Part shown: positions 35,381 through 45,117 of the stretch, one piece after another
How positions within the stretch are numbered: the first letter of the stretch is position 1
Layout: each line of letters begins with the position of its first letter
Assembly: GCA_963726455.1 (NCBI GenBank)
Contig: CAVSCK010000004.1
Location: forward strand, 231,844-295,843
Direction of reading: 5' to 3'
Length of the DNA stretch: 64,000 nucleotides
Source of the DNA: an uncultured bacterium
GTDB taxonomy: Bacteria; Zixibacteria; MSB-5A5; CAIYYT01
The notes under the pieces: generated by a model
The model's database searches: none
The model's input: only the letters and a program-made list of their open reading frames with translations
Told to the model about the DNA's origin: nothing
Made by a program: the position numbers and the translations under genes

Positions 35381-37780
35381 CTAGTTGCCGATTCCCCACG
35401 ACAACGTGAAGGCGTTACTGGCATAATGAGATAGCTGCCAGGTGAAATGAATCTGAAAATTGAAGATGGAAAGAAAAGGGGTCAGGTTGCCGATGCCGAA
35501 TCCGATTTCGCTGTACGGTGTCGGCGCAGTCTTATAGTGGTCAGCAAAGCCACGATTCCTGAATTCCGTCCAGAAGGCGCCGCCATGAACACTTAAAGTA
35601 AAGGGGATGTTCTTGATGAGAGGCAAATGGCTCTTGCGAAACAGAATCTGCCGAAAATCATGTTCAATATAAAGAGACAATCCGCGATCCCCGACAAAGC
35701 CCTGCTCATAGACCGTGTAGAAACTCGCGTTTCCGGCAATCGCTCCCGCGCCCGAGACGATCTGGTAAAATCTTTGTGGCGGCAGGCCCCGGTCTGATGT
35801 CGCTCCATAAAGTGTAAAGGACGTGACGCCAAAGTCGAAGGTACGCTGACGCCGGTACAGATAGAGATCGTACTTGTGAAAATCGAGGTCGCTTTTCAGG
35901 AATCCGGGCGAAGACGTTTCGACTCCGACGCGGGCTAGCGTGTACTGAACCAGCGGACTGACAACGTCTCTGTCCTTGATTCGCGACAGCTTGCGTGAGT
36001 CGAATGTCAAACTTGCAGATAGCGAACGCAAGCGGCCATCTGCGATCGGAGGATTGGGACGATGTTTGCTATCCTGACTCAGTAGACTGTATTGCGTATT
36101 GACGCCGACAGATGATTGGCGATAGTCGTTGTAAGTTGCAGTCAGAGTTGTCTGACGCAGTATTCGGCCCGAGACATGAGCTGTGAGACCGCGCTGGAAA
36201 TAGTAATCGTACGGATCACGCTTTGCAGTCAGTACGTCGAACGTTGGACTCACCCAACCACCCGGCTGCACCGGACGATTGACAATCGCCTGTTGATATT
36301 GCGCTCCGACGATTAGCTGATGTTTACGCCAAAGTCGCTGGTCGATGCCGATCGCATATTGTCCATGCTTTTCATTAAATCCATAACCGCCCTTCAACGT
36401 CAGCACCGTGCCCGGCCGCAGCCGGTTCAATTCGACCTGCATGCCGAGATAGGGCCCCTCGACACGATTGAAATGAAAAATGTCGTGGCTGCCGCCAAGC
36501 GCCAAATAGAGCGCTCCACCAACTACAGTCAACCCGGTTCGTGTGACTTGCTTGCCGAACGGCACCGGCGCTTTTTCCAGGGAGTCAATCATCTGATAAC
36601 CACGAGTTTCTTCGGTCGTCAGGGGAATTGTCTGACGGGAATACCAGGCGGTCGAGTCGATTTTGTCGGCGTTTTCGGCCACTTCGAAGTCGTAGTCGGA
36701 GAATGTGCCCTTGGGATTCCCCCGATCGAAGCTGTAATCATAAAGTGAAGCGTGATGCTCAAATTTCATGTTGGGAGGCACGCCGGGAAATTTGATATGT
36801 ACATCGGCCGAGAATCTGATCTCGATCGGCATCCAGTATTCTCTATCCAGTTGCGCGAAGTGCTGCTGGTAGCGCAAGTTGCTCAGGAAAGGGACCGCGA
36901 CCGCCTTGTTGACGCCGACATCTACCTCGACCACATCGAATGTTGAATCAACGATGCTGATATTGCCGACAAATAGCTGATTGGCGTCGTTCTTGGGCTC
37001 GATTTCCAGCCGGTAAATCTTGCGATTGTCGACGTAGACGCTGTCTTTGAGATAATAATTGTAGTAATCTAGAGCATCTTTCGCTGTAGGGGAGACCAGC
37101 GAGTAACGTTCTATGTCGATGCGGTTGCGGTTGAAGTTGAGAATTCTGCCGACGCCGACCATATTGGCTTCGGGTGGTAAGTTGGACGATTGTTTGCGCG
37201 CCGTGATTACTTCTTTGTATTTGTCCGGTTGTTCCCAGAAGCAGGTGAGTTGAGTTTCCGTTATCAGCATGATCTTGGCGGAATCCGGTTTCGGCAATTG
37301 GCGAACGACCAATTTGGTGTAGGCATCGAATCGGTAGTCATGGATTTTGTCGAGAATATCCTTCTTTCGTTTGATCGCTTCGATGATGATCCTTTGTCCC
37401 GGATCGTACTGCTGGTCATAGACGGTGACGGCTCCGATCTGGAGAATTCCGGGCTTCAAGTAGACATCGTACGCCGCGGTTGTATCGCCGACACTTGCAG
37501 CAATCGTCGTTGAGTAGTATCCGATGTGGGTGAACTTGAGCTGATATTGTCCTGGAGAAAGTATCAGACGGTAGCGGCCCTCCTGATTCACCAGTGCGGA
37601 TTTGCCGGTCGATATAACCTGCACCGTGACAAAGGGAATCGGTTGACCGTTCGACGTGTCGTACACGGTGCCTTGAACCAGTGTGCTCTTGATGCCTGCG
37701 GGCACTGTCTCGGCCGTAGCGGAGACGATGCCGTGCAAGAGGAAGGTTGTCAGGAACGAAGCTAATAGTCTCAAATTCAT
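35381..37780 (-). CDS. DUF5686 / carboxypeptidase-regulatory-like domain outer-membrane protein
   Basis: A signal peptide is followed by an N-terminal CarbopepD_reg-like beta-sandwich (TLVQGTVYDTSNGQPIPFVTVQV) and a long beta-barrel-like region of about 800 aa. The ATG is at 37780. Confidence 0.65.
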   Translation of the reverse strand: MNLRLLASFLTTFLLHGIVSATAETVPAGIKSTLVQGTVYDTSNGQPIPFVTVQVISTGKSALVNQEGRYRLILSPGQYQLKFTHIGYYSTTIAASVGDTTAAYDVYLKPGILQIGAVTVYDQQYDPGQRIIIEAIKRKKDILDKIHDYRFDAYTKLVVRQLPKPDSAKIMLITETQLTCFWEQPDKYKEVITARKQSSNLPPEANMVGVGRILNFNRNRIDIERYSLVSPTAKDALDYYNYYLKDSVYVDNRKIYRLEIEPKNDANQLFVGNISIVDSTFDVVEVDVGVNKAVAVPFLSNLRYQQHFAQLDREYWMPIEIRFSADVHIKFPGVPPNMKFEHHASLYDYSFDRGNPKGTFSDYDFEVAENADKIDSTAWYSRQTIPLTTEETRGYQMIDSLEKAPVPFGKQVTRTGLTVVGGALYLALGGSHDIFHFNRVEGPYLGMQVELNRLRPGTVLTLKGGYGFNEKHGQYAIGIDQRLWRKHQLIVGAQYQQAIVNRPVQPGGWVSPTFDVLTAKRDPYDYYFQRGLTAHVSGRILRQTTLTATYNDYRQSSVGVNTQYSLLSQDSKHRPNPPIADGRLRSLSASLTFDSRKLSRIKDRDVVSPLVQYTLARVGVETSSPGFLKSDLDFHKYDLYLYRRQRTFDFGVTSFTLYGATSDRGLPPQRFYQIVSGAGAIAGNASFYTVYEQGFVGDRGLSLYIEHDFRQILFRKSHLPLIKNIPFTLSVHGGAFWTEFRNRGFADHYKTAPTPYSEIGFGIGNLTPFLSIFNFQIHFTWQLSHYASNAFTLSWGIGN

Positions 37781-37894
37781 CCTCGCTACATTGGTGCGAT
37801 GAAGTTTACCTATACGTGACTCATGGCACCGAAGTTTCGCTTGGATTCCGAAATGCTTGCCGGAAGACAACGAGAGCTTGGCAACATCTGGTGC

Positions 37895-38860
37895 TTACGA
37901 CTTGGCAACCGTCAGTCTGCTTGCGAGCCGTTTGAGTTTCGGATATCGATGTCGGCACACCGTGAACGACTCGCATCTGCGGGCGCCCAATGACTCCTTG
38001 AATCTTTCCAGATCGGCCAAATTAAGACTGGTGCCCAAATTGTAATCACTGATGCCGTTTTCGATCAGATGGCGGATTATCTCGGCGTGCAGCAGGTTGT
38101 TGGCTTTCAGATTCCGATGCTCGTAGTCTAAGCCACCGTAAAGGTATCCGCCGGTGCGCTGATAATGACAAAAGATGGCGCCGGCAATGGCTTTGTCTTC
38201 GTGGATTACTAGAGCAATCTTGGCACGTGATCCGGGCATCTCGACCAGTCTCTGCAAACGTTCCAGCGAGTGTGGTTGTGTTGCGGTGTTGCGGTCTTTC
38301 CAGCGTGAGAAGGACAGCAGATGCACCTGGTAAAATGGTTCCAGCAACTCTCTGCCGCCGATAGTTACGGTGAGCCCTTTGCGCTGCCCAACACGAACAT
38401 TGTAGCGTTCGACTTCCGGCCGCATGAACCATTCGTCGAATGTCGTCGGCAAATCAACGCGGTGGTACACTTCCCTGCCGGCAGGGAAGAAGTTCAGGGT
38501 TTCCCATTTGGCACGGTCACGTTCAAAGTATTCACCCGGGACATCGAGGTTCATCACACAGTTACGGGGCAGTTCCGCCACGACTGACCAGGCGTGATCG
38601 TCCATTTCCCTGATTCCCAATAAGCTGTTGACCGACACGCCGGTGTAGACCTCTGACTTGGCAATACCAAAGACGGTAGTGTTGTCCTTGGCAACAGGTA
38701 TCAGAATGCCATCCGACGAGAAGACGTAAGTCCTCTCCCACGAGCGAATCTGTGTCGCAAAGAACTCCGGTCCACCCAACGACGCCGGCGTAATCGTGGT
38801 CTGATCGGCTGCCTGCTGCCATGCAGCTACATGTGAATTGTCAAACTTAGTCAGATTCAT
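37895..38860 (-). CDS. FemAB-like / GNAT (Acetyltransf_6) family protein
   Basis: The pattern is similar to BioF2/FemAB-like acyltransferases. The internal ATG at 38860 is used, because the upstream extension is Ala/Ser-rich. Confidence 0.6.
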   Translation of the reverse strand: MNLTKFDNSHVAAWQQAADQTTITPASLGGPEFFATQIRSWERTYVFSSDGILIPVAKDNTTVFGIAKSEVYTGVSVNSLLGIREMDDHAWSVVAELPRNCVMNLDVPGEYFERDRAKWETLNFFPAGREVYHRVDLPTTFDEWFMRPEVERYNVRVGQRKGLTVTIGGRELLEPFYQVHLLSFSRWKDRNTATQPHSLERLQRLVEMPGSRAKIALVIHEDKAIAGAIFCHYQRTGGYLYGGLDYEHRNLKANNLLHAEIIRHLIENGISDYNLGTSLNLADLERFKESLGARRCESFTVCRHRYPKLKRLASRLTVAKS

Positions 38861-38936
38861 TGTCGTTCTCTTGATTGATAAGATATTGGCTGCTTGTCTG
38901 GTCGCAATGTCAAAAAGCGGCGCGGGAGAATGAGAT

Positions 38937-39677
38937 ATGGCTATAAGTAAATTGTCGGCAGATGTTGCGGAATCACTGCCGCCCGAAGCACCACACAGCG
39001 AACAGCATTTCAAATCCTCGGAAACCGTTCGCGACATCGTGATCGGCATGTCCGATGGCCTGACTGTTCCGTTTGCTCTGGCAGCGGGATTGTCGGGTGC
39101 AGTAGCATCTACAGCCATCGTGGTGACTGCCGGTTTTGCGGAGATTGCCGCAGGTTCAATAGCGATGGGATTAGGCGGCTATCTGGCGGCGCGCACTGAT
39201 GCTGAGCACTATCACTCTGAAGTACAGCGCGAGATCAGGGAGACGGAACTGGTGCCCGACAAGGAGGAACAGGAGGTAGCCGATGTGTTTCGCGGCTACG
39301 GAATGTCCGAGGATCATATTGCTCCGGTAGTGGAAGCCATCCGATCCGACCAACGTCGCTGGGTCGATTTCATGATGCGGTTTGAACTCGGCTTGGAGCA
39401 GCCCGATCCAAAACGCGCCCGCCGTAGCGCCTGGACAATCGCGCTATCGTATATCGCCGGCGGCCTGATCCCGCTGATGCCATACTTAGTGTTAAGACAT
39501 CTTCTGTCGGCCCTCTATTTGTCCGTCGGTGTAACACTCACGGCGCTGTTCCTGTTTGGCTATGTCAAAGGACGATTCACCGGTCTTAGGCCCTGGCGGG
39601 CGGCATTCCAGACTGTTCTGATCGGGGGATTAGCCGCGGCTGCAGCGTTTGCGATTGCACGGCTCATAAGCGAGTAG
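38937..39677 (+). CDS. VIT1/CCC1-family iron/manganese transporter
   Basis: An N-terminal cytosolic region is followed by five TM helices with family motifs (GMSDGLTVPFALAAGLSGA). Confidence 0.75.
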   Translation: MAISKLSADVAESLPPEAPHSEQHFKSSETVRDIVIGMSDGLTVPFALAAGLSGAVASTAIVVTAGFAEIAAGSIAMGLGGYLAARTDAEHYHSEVQREIRETELVPDKEEQEVADVFRGYGMSEDHIAPVVEAIRSDQRRWVDFMMRFELGLEQPDPKRARRSAWTIALSYIAGGLIPLMPYLVLRHLLSALYLSVGVTLTALFLFGYVKGRFTGLRPWRAAFQTVLIGGLAAAAAFAIARLISE

Positions 39678-39770
39678 ACGCTATAATGCATGCGGCTTGA
39701 CAGGACCGAATCGAAGTGGATTTTTCGCGGATTTTTCCGACAATTAGAGTAAATCTGAGAGGAGTTCGCT

Positions 39771-40157
39771 ATGACTTTGGGCACGGTACTTGTTGCTGAA
39801 GATGACAGTCTGATCAGGGCGGTTTTCGCCGATATAGTGCGAAATGAAGGTTTCGATCTTGTGGAAGTTGACGACGGAGAGCGCGCACTCCAGGTGGTGA
39901 ACTCGCGCCAGATCGACATGATCGTCACCGACATGAAAATGCCGGTCATGGACGGATTTGACCTGTTGGTGGCGGTCAAAAAGGCGCACCCTGAAATTCC
40001 CATTACGGTTATTACCGGATTCAATAGCGAATATCGCGAAACGGAAGCTCTGGCGGCCGGCGCCGACGCCTACATTACCAAGCCATTCAAAGTCTCCGAT
40101 GTCGCGGAGACATTACGTGCCATGCACAAGAAAGTCAAGCCGGGTACCGAAAAGTAA
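39771..40157 (+). CDS. stand-alone response regulator receiver (CheY-like)
   Basis: A phosphoacceptor Asp (MIVTDMKMP) and a conserved Lys (ITKPF) are present. Confidence 0.85.
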   Translation: MTLGTVLVAEDDSLIRAVFADIVRNEGFDLVEVDDGERALQVVNSRQIDMIVTDMKMPVMDGFDLLVAVKKAHPEIPITVITGFNSEYRETEALAAGADAYITKPFKVSDVAETLRAMHKKVKPGTEK

Positions 40158-40196
40158 GTCTCGATACCGGTGACGCCAAGCTGAGCACCTACACGG

Positions 40197-41057
40197 CTAG
40201 TTGACAAGGCCGATCAATTCCATAACCAAACCAGCCGAATTTGCCGCTGCAATCTTGAAAAATTGATCCAACTGTGCCTCTGCCGTGGCGTCCTTGGCGC
40301 CGCCGGCGAGATCGGACGCCGAACGGATGATCACAAACGGGACGCCATTTACAGTGCATACCTGAGCCACAGATGCGGATTCCATGTCCGTCACCAGTGC
40401 GCCAAATCGTTTGTTCAGCCACAATCGCTTTTCGGCATTGTCGATGAATGAGTTTCCGCTAACGCCGGTTCCGCCGACCAGGATGCGCGGCGCCCGTGCG
40501 CCCACATTCTGCAAGTTCAAACTGGCGGCCTTGATGCCTGCCGCTCTTGCGACCAGACCGGTGTCGGCAGGAAAGGCCCAGAACGATTCAATGCTATCAT
40601 TTCTGGCCGAATACGCGCGAATTGGCATCGGTTGGACACTGTCCGGGCCGGCGTAAAGCATGTCATGTGCGATCCAGGCCGAGCTTACGCAAAGATCACC
40701 GATGTGAACGGAGCTGTCGATAGCCCCGGCGATGCCGCTGAACACCAGCGCGCGCGGATGAAAACGCGAAATCAATTCCTCTGTCGTCATTGCAGCATTG
40801 GTCATACCTACGCCTGATTCGGCAAGCACAACGTTCTTGCCGCTCAGAGTGCCCAGATGCACGTCTCTTCCGAGAACGTGTACTGCGGAATCCGCCGTCA
40901 TTTTACTGATCAGTACACGGCCCTCTTCGCCGAAAGCATACAGCACGAGTATGGGACCATTGCTTTCCGCGAAGGCCCTGCAACTGACGGCTATTACCAG
41001 TATTACGATGGCGAGAAGTGAGAAGCTCCTTGGTAAACGCGATCTGGATTGTTTCAT
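40197..41057 (-). CDS. MTA/SAH nucleosidase-family (PNP_UDP_1) protein with N-terminal signal peptide
   Basis: The sequence fits the Pfs/MtnN family (FSGIAGA, GTGVSGNSF, DMESASVAQV). It is preceded by a cleavable-looking signal (LLAIVILVIAVSCRAFA). Confidence 0.7.
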   Translation of the reverse strand: MKQSRSRLPRSFSLLAIVILVIAVSCRAFAESNGPILVLYAFGEEGRVLISKMTADSAVHVLGRDVHLGTLSGKNVVLAESGVGMTNAAMTTEELISRFHPRALVFSGIAGAIDSSVHIGDLCVSSAWIAHDMLYAGPDSVQPMPIRAYSARNDSIESFWAFPADTGLVARAAGIKAASLNLQNVGARAPRILVGGTGVSGNSFIDNAEKRLWLNKRFGALVTDMESASVAQVCTVNGVPFVIIRSASDLAGGAKDATAEAQLDQFFKIAAANSAGLVMELIGLVN

Positions 41058-41291
41058 ATCTTACCGGCCTTTCACTGATCCGACCTACCAGAGGTTCGTC
41101 AGATTGTGTCAATAGTCTTGCTGCTTAAGAAAATCCGTTTCAAGTCAAAATGGTACTTGATTTTTGACGGCCATTGAACAAAATCATCATTAGATCTATC
41201 TGGCGAACTTCGGGGTTAGGCGATAGCGGACGTGCAATACCGGCCAGCTTGATCGTTGACAGAGAACGACAGTAGATATGGTGAGGGAAAT

Positions 41292-41798
41292 ATGACAGAT
41301 AGCAATCTTACTGAGACGTTGCTGAAGGCCATGAAAGCAGAGCGCGACGGACATAGTTTCTATATGATGGCAGCCGGAAGCACCGGCGATCCGAAAGGGA
41401 GAACAGTCTTCGAGACGCTCGCGAAGGAAGAACTCGATCATTTGCAGTTCCTGAGAGAGCATTATGATTCAATTGCGAAAACGGGGCAACTTAGCCAGAC
41501 TGCCCGGCTGCATGCCAGACTGAATCTGGAAGGACCATCGCCGCTTTTCTCCGAAGGCATACAGAAGCGGATCAATGATGCGCATTATGAAATGAGCGCC
41601 CTGTCGATCGGCATTCAATTGGAACTCGACTCGATGAACTTCTATCGCGCCCAATCAGGCATTGTTTCTGATCCAGCAGCTAAGAGGTTCTTCCTGGAAT
41701 TGGCGAGCTGGGAAACGGGCCATTACCAGGCGCTCTTGCGGCAACAAGAAGAACTTAAGGACGACTACTGGACCAGTGCCGGTTTCTCGCCGTTCTAG
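41292..41798 (+). CDS. ferritin-like / rubrerythrin-family diiron protein
   Basis: Four E/H-containing helices are present (ERDGHSFY, EELDHLQF, LELDSMNFY, ETGHYQA). A GAGGG RBS precedes the ATG at 41292. Confidence 0.6.
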   Translation: MTDSNLTETLLKAMKAERDGHSFYMMAAGSTGDPKGRTVFETLAKEELDHLQFLREHYDSIAKTGQLSQTARLHARLNLEGPSPLFSEGIQKRINDAHYEMSALSIGIQLELDSMNFYRAQSGIVSDPAAKRFFLELASWETGHYQALLRQQEELKDDYWTSAGFSPF

Positions 41799-41852
41799 TA
41801 GACGAGCTAAAACGTTATATCAATTAGGGCTCTGACAAAAGGAAGGTTAGCA

Positions 41853-42062
41853 ATGAAGTATGGCGCCAGAAATCAGATTGTTGGCAAGGTGACCGCTATT
41901 AAGAAAGGGTCGCTGATGTGCCAGGTCAGTCTTGCCATTCCGGCGGCTTCGAAGATGGCTTCAGTCATGACCCTTGATTCGCTGAAAGAACTAGGCCTGA
42001 AAAGGGGCGACAAAGTTCGCGTCGTGGTGAAGGCCATTAATGTTTTGCTGGTCAAAGAATAG
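41853..42062 (+). CDS. TOBE/Mop molybdate-binding domain protein
   Basis: The 69-aa product fits the Mop pattern (NQIVGKVTAIKKGSLMCQV...KAINVLL). Confidence 0.7.
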   Translation: MKYGARNQIVGKVTAIKKGSLMCQVSLAIPAASKMASVMTLDSLKELGLKRGDKVRVVVKAINVLLVKE

Positions 42063-42183
42063 GCGGGGACCTGGCATCTGCTAAACTGATGAGCTGTATG
42101 ACGACAGGCCGATTGAACTGTGGATACTGGACAAAAAAGCGTTGACATTTTCGAAATTTCGTATAGAATGAGCGACGAACTGT

Positions 42184-42260
42184 CGGGGTGTAGCTCAGAC
42201 TGGTAGAGCACTTGGTTCGGGACTAAGGGGCCGCTGGTTCAAATCCAGTCACCCCGACCA
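42184..42260 (+). tRNA. tRNA-Pro (CGG)
   Basis: The cloverleaf has acceptor CGGGGTG/CACCCCG and anticodon loop TTCGGGA. CCA is encoded. Confidence 0.85.
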
Positions 42261-42448
42261 GTTTACAAGTGGGATCATAAGATTCCGCTTGGATTGTTGT
42301 CACAGGGAGTCGGGTTTTAGGACGAGGGAATGCACCGATTTGCCTCGAAACCCCTCCGGTGACAATATTGTATTAGACTTGAGAAGTATCTGTATCAAAG
42401 GCGGGTCTTCGTGCTATTCACAATGCTGTGTATTCGTATAGGGGGTAT

Positions 42449-43636
42449 ATGTATCCGATTCTGACATTGAAACCGGGTAAGGAAGGCGCAATCGGATTTC
42501 GCCATCCCTGGGTATTTTCAGGCGCTTTGCAGGGTATTCCACGCGAAGTGCAACAGGGAACTATTGTGCACATCGCGGACCAAACCGGCAAGATCCTCGG
42601 CACCGGCACGTATTCCGCGCAGTCAATGATTGCCGTAAGGATCTTCGAATTCGGCGAATGCTGCATCGACGACAACTGGTTTGTCGAACGAATTCGCTGT
42701 GCGCACCTGCGTCGTTGTCTTTACGGTTACGACGGCGCCGATCATAAGTCCGGCTACCGAGTCGTATTCGGTGAATCAGATGGATTGCCGGGGCTGGTGG
42801 TCGACCGCTACGCTGATGTGTTGGTCGTCCAGATTGCCACCGCCGGCATGGAGAATCTTAAGCCGAGCATTATCGCGGCGCTTACCGAACTTTTCCATCC
42901 GCGAGCGATTGTGGAGCGAAGCGATTTGCCGGTTCGCCGGGACGAGGGCTTGGCGGAGGCAGCAGATCTTCTTCAAGGTGAAGAAGTTGATTGCGTCGAA
43001 TTTTCGGAGAATCAATTGCGATTTGCAGCACAGGTCAAGACGGGACAGAAAACCGGATTCTACCTTGACCAGCGCGATCTTCGGCAGGAAGTGCTGAAGC
43101 ATGCCAGGGATCGAGAAGTGCTAAATCTCTTTTCGTATACCGGCAGCTTTGCCGTATCCGCGTTGGCAGGGGGAGCCCGTTCGGTGCACAATGTTGACGG
43201 TTCGCAGCCGGCTTTGGATATGATACCGATGCAGGCATCGCTCAATAATTTGAGCACAGACGCTATCACCTCGGAATGCGTCGATGTCTTCAACTGGTTG
43301 TCGACCCGAAACGACCCCAGCTATGATATGATCATCGTCGATCCGCCGGCGTTGATCAAGTCCCAGCGCGATACCGAAATCGGCCGCAAGGCCTATCATT
43401 TCTTGAATCGAGCGGCACTGCGCCTGGTGCGGGACAAAGGCATATTTATAACTTGTAGTTGCTCGTCTCATTACTCCGAGGATGATTTCGCCGTGATGTT
43501 GCGGCGTGCCTCGGTACAGGCGGGAGTGACGATCGACCTATTGAGGACCGTCCGGCAAGCCGCCGATCACCCGATTTCTATATATTTTCCGGAATCCTTC
43601 TACCTCAAGTCGTTTGTTTGCCTGATCAGGCGCTGA
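42449..43636 (+). CDS. rlmI: 23S rRNA (cytosine1962-C5)-methyltransferase, PUA-domain class I SAM MTase
   Basis: An N-terminal PUA-like region is followed by a SAM motif (VLNLFSYTGSFAV) and DPPA. A GGGGG RBS precedes the ATG at 42449. Confidence 0.75.
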   Translation: MYPILTLKPGKEGAIGFRHPWVFSGALQGIPREVQQGTIVHIADQTGKILGTGTYSAQSMIAVRIFEFGECCIDDNWFVERIRCAHLRRCLYGYDGADHKSGYRVVFGESDGLPGLVVDRYADVLVVQIATAGMENLKPSIIAALTELFHPRAIVERSDLPVRRDEGLAEAADLLQGEEVDCVEFSENQLRFAAQVKTGQKTGFYLDQRDLRQEVLKHARDREVLNLFSYTGSFAVSALAGGARSVHNVDGSQPALDMIPMQASLNNLSTDAITSECVDVFNWLSTRNDPSYDMIIVDPPALIKSQRDTEIGRKAYHFLNRAALRLVRDKGIFITCSCSSHYSEDDFAVMLRRASVQAGVTIDLLRTVRQAADHPISIYFPESFYLKSFVCLIRR

Positions 43637-43707
43637 GCGTTTGCTTGAGATCTCGTCCTTTAGCTTGATTCCCGCCTCTCAGTCTGCTATTATCCCGTGG
43701 AGAAGCT

Positions 43708-44175
43708 ATGACAGGGAATACCAAACGATATATCGCAGTCATCGGCCGGCATGATTGCAGTGAGGAAGAGGCCAATCTCGCTTTCAATGTGGGCCGGTTG
43801 GTGGCGGAGGCCGGAGCCGTTCTGATTTGTGGCGGTTTGGGTGGAATCATGGAAGCCGCAAGCCGAGGCGCCAAGTCCGCGGGCGGAACGACAATTGGAG
43901 TACTACCGGGAACCTGCCGAGACGACGCGAACCCTTATATTGACCATGCCATCTGCACCGGCATCAGGGAGGCGCGCAATCTCGCAATTGTGCTCACGGC
44001 TGACGGCGTAATTGCGTTGCCGGGAGAATTTGGCACCCTGTCGGAGATTTCGTTTGCGCTAAAGTATCGAAAGCCGGTAGTTTCTTTGCGCTCATGGAAT
44101 GTATCGGAGCGTATCCTTCGTGCTGAGACGGCGGAGGAAGCTGTGGAGACAATCTTGCGGGAAGTGAACCGATGA
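43708..44175 (+). CDS. TIGR00725/SLOG-family Rossmann-fold protein (LOG-like)
   Basis: The GGxGxMEA and PGGxGTxxE motifs are present. Confidence 0.6.
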   Translation: MTGNTKRYIAVIGRHDCSEEEANLAFNVGRLVAEAGAVLICGGLGGIMEAASRGAKSAGGTTIGVLPGTCRDDANPYIDHAICTGIREARNLAIVLTADGVIALPGEFGTLSEISFALKYRKPVVSLRSWNVSERILRAETAEEAVETILREVNR

Positions 44176-44453
44176 GTGAGCTTGCATGTGCCAGAGTGTT
44201 GTTGGATGGCAGAGTACAGGGGGTCGGGTTCCGATATTTCGTGACTTCGAAGGCGGCCGATTACGAGGTCGTCGGTTACGTTCGCAATCTTGACACGGGC
44301 GGTGTTGAGATCGAAGTTGAGGGGAAACGGGAGGTTATCAGTCAGTTTCTCCTGGAGATAAAGCGCGGACCGAGTCATGGCGAGATTGCCAATTTTCAGG
44401 TAGAATGGAAACCGCACAAGAAACAATATGACCATTTCTTTGTGAAGTATTAA
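44172..44453 (+). CDS. acyP: acylphosphatase
   Basis: The VxGxVQGVxFR signature is present. Confidence 0.85.
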   Translation: MSELACARVLLDGRVQGVGFRYFVTSKAADYEVVGYVRNLDTGGVEIEVEGKREVISQFLLEIKRGPSHGEIANFQVEWKPHKKQYDHFFVKY

Positions 44454-44455
44454 CT

Positions 44456-44977
44456 ATGGACTTGAAATCGAAGATCAGAGACGTTCGTGATTTCCCCAAG
44501 CCGGGGATCGTCTTTCGGGACATCACCACCCTGCTCAATGATTCCGCAGCCTTCGAGGAAGTGATTGACAAATTCTGCCTTCACTTCAAGAAGTATGATA
44601 TTACCAAGGTCGGCGTCGTCGAATCACGCGGATTCATTTTTGGCGGACCGATAGCATTGTCGCTGGGAGTCGGAATCGTGCCCATCAGAAAAGAGGGCAA
44701 ACTGCCATACGAAACGATCTATCAATCATACGATCTGGAATACGGCACCGGCACACTGGAAATGCACAGTGACGCCCTTGGCGAAAAAGATCGGGTGTTG
44801 ATCATTGACGATTTGTTGGCAACCGGTGGAACGGCGCTGGCGTCAGTTAAGTTGGTTGAGCGGCTGGGCGCCACGGTTGCGGGTCTCGGATTCCTGATCG
44901 AACTGTCATTTCTGAAGGGACGCGAGAAACTCAACGACTACGACGTCCTGACGTTGATTCAGTACGACTCGGAATGA
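44456..44977 (+). CDS. apt: adenine phosphoribosyltransferase
   Basis: The PRPP-binding motif VLIIDDLLATGGT is present. Confidence 0.9.
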   Translation: MDLKSKIRDVRDFPKPGIVFRDITTLLNDSAAFEEVIDKFCLHFKKYDITKVGVVESRGFIFGGPIALSLGVGIVPIRKEGKLPYETIYQSYDLEYGTGTLEMHSDALGEKDRVLIIDDLLATGGTALASVKLVERLGATVAGLGFLIELSFLKGREKLNDYDVLTLIQYDSE

Positions 44978-45009
44978 CAGAGTGGCCGATTGGCATCAAT
45001 GACATACTT

Positions 45010-45083
45010 GCCCTCGTAGCTCAGTTGGATAGAGCAAGGGTTTCCTAAACCCTAGGTCGCGCGTTCGAATCGCGCCGAGGGCA
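45010..45083 (+). tRNA. tRNA-Arg (CCT)
   Basis: The cloverleaf has acceptor GCCCTCG/CGAGGGC and anticodon loop TTCCTAA. Confidence 0.85.
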
Positions 45084-45117
45084 GAACTTCTGCCTCAGTA
45101 TTTCTCTGTAGATTATT

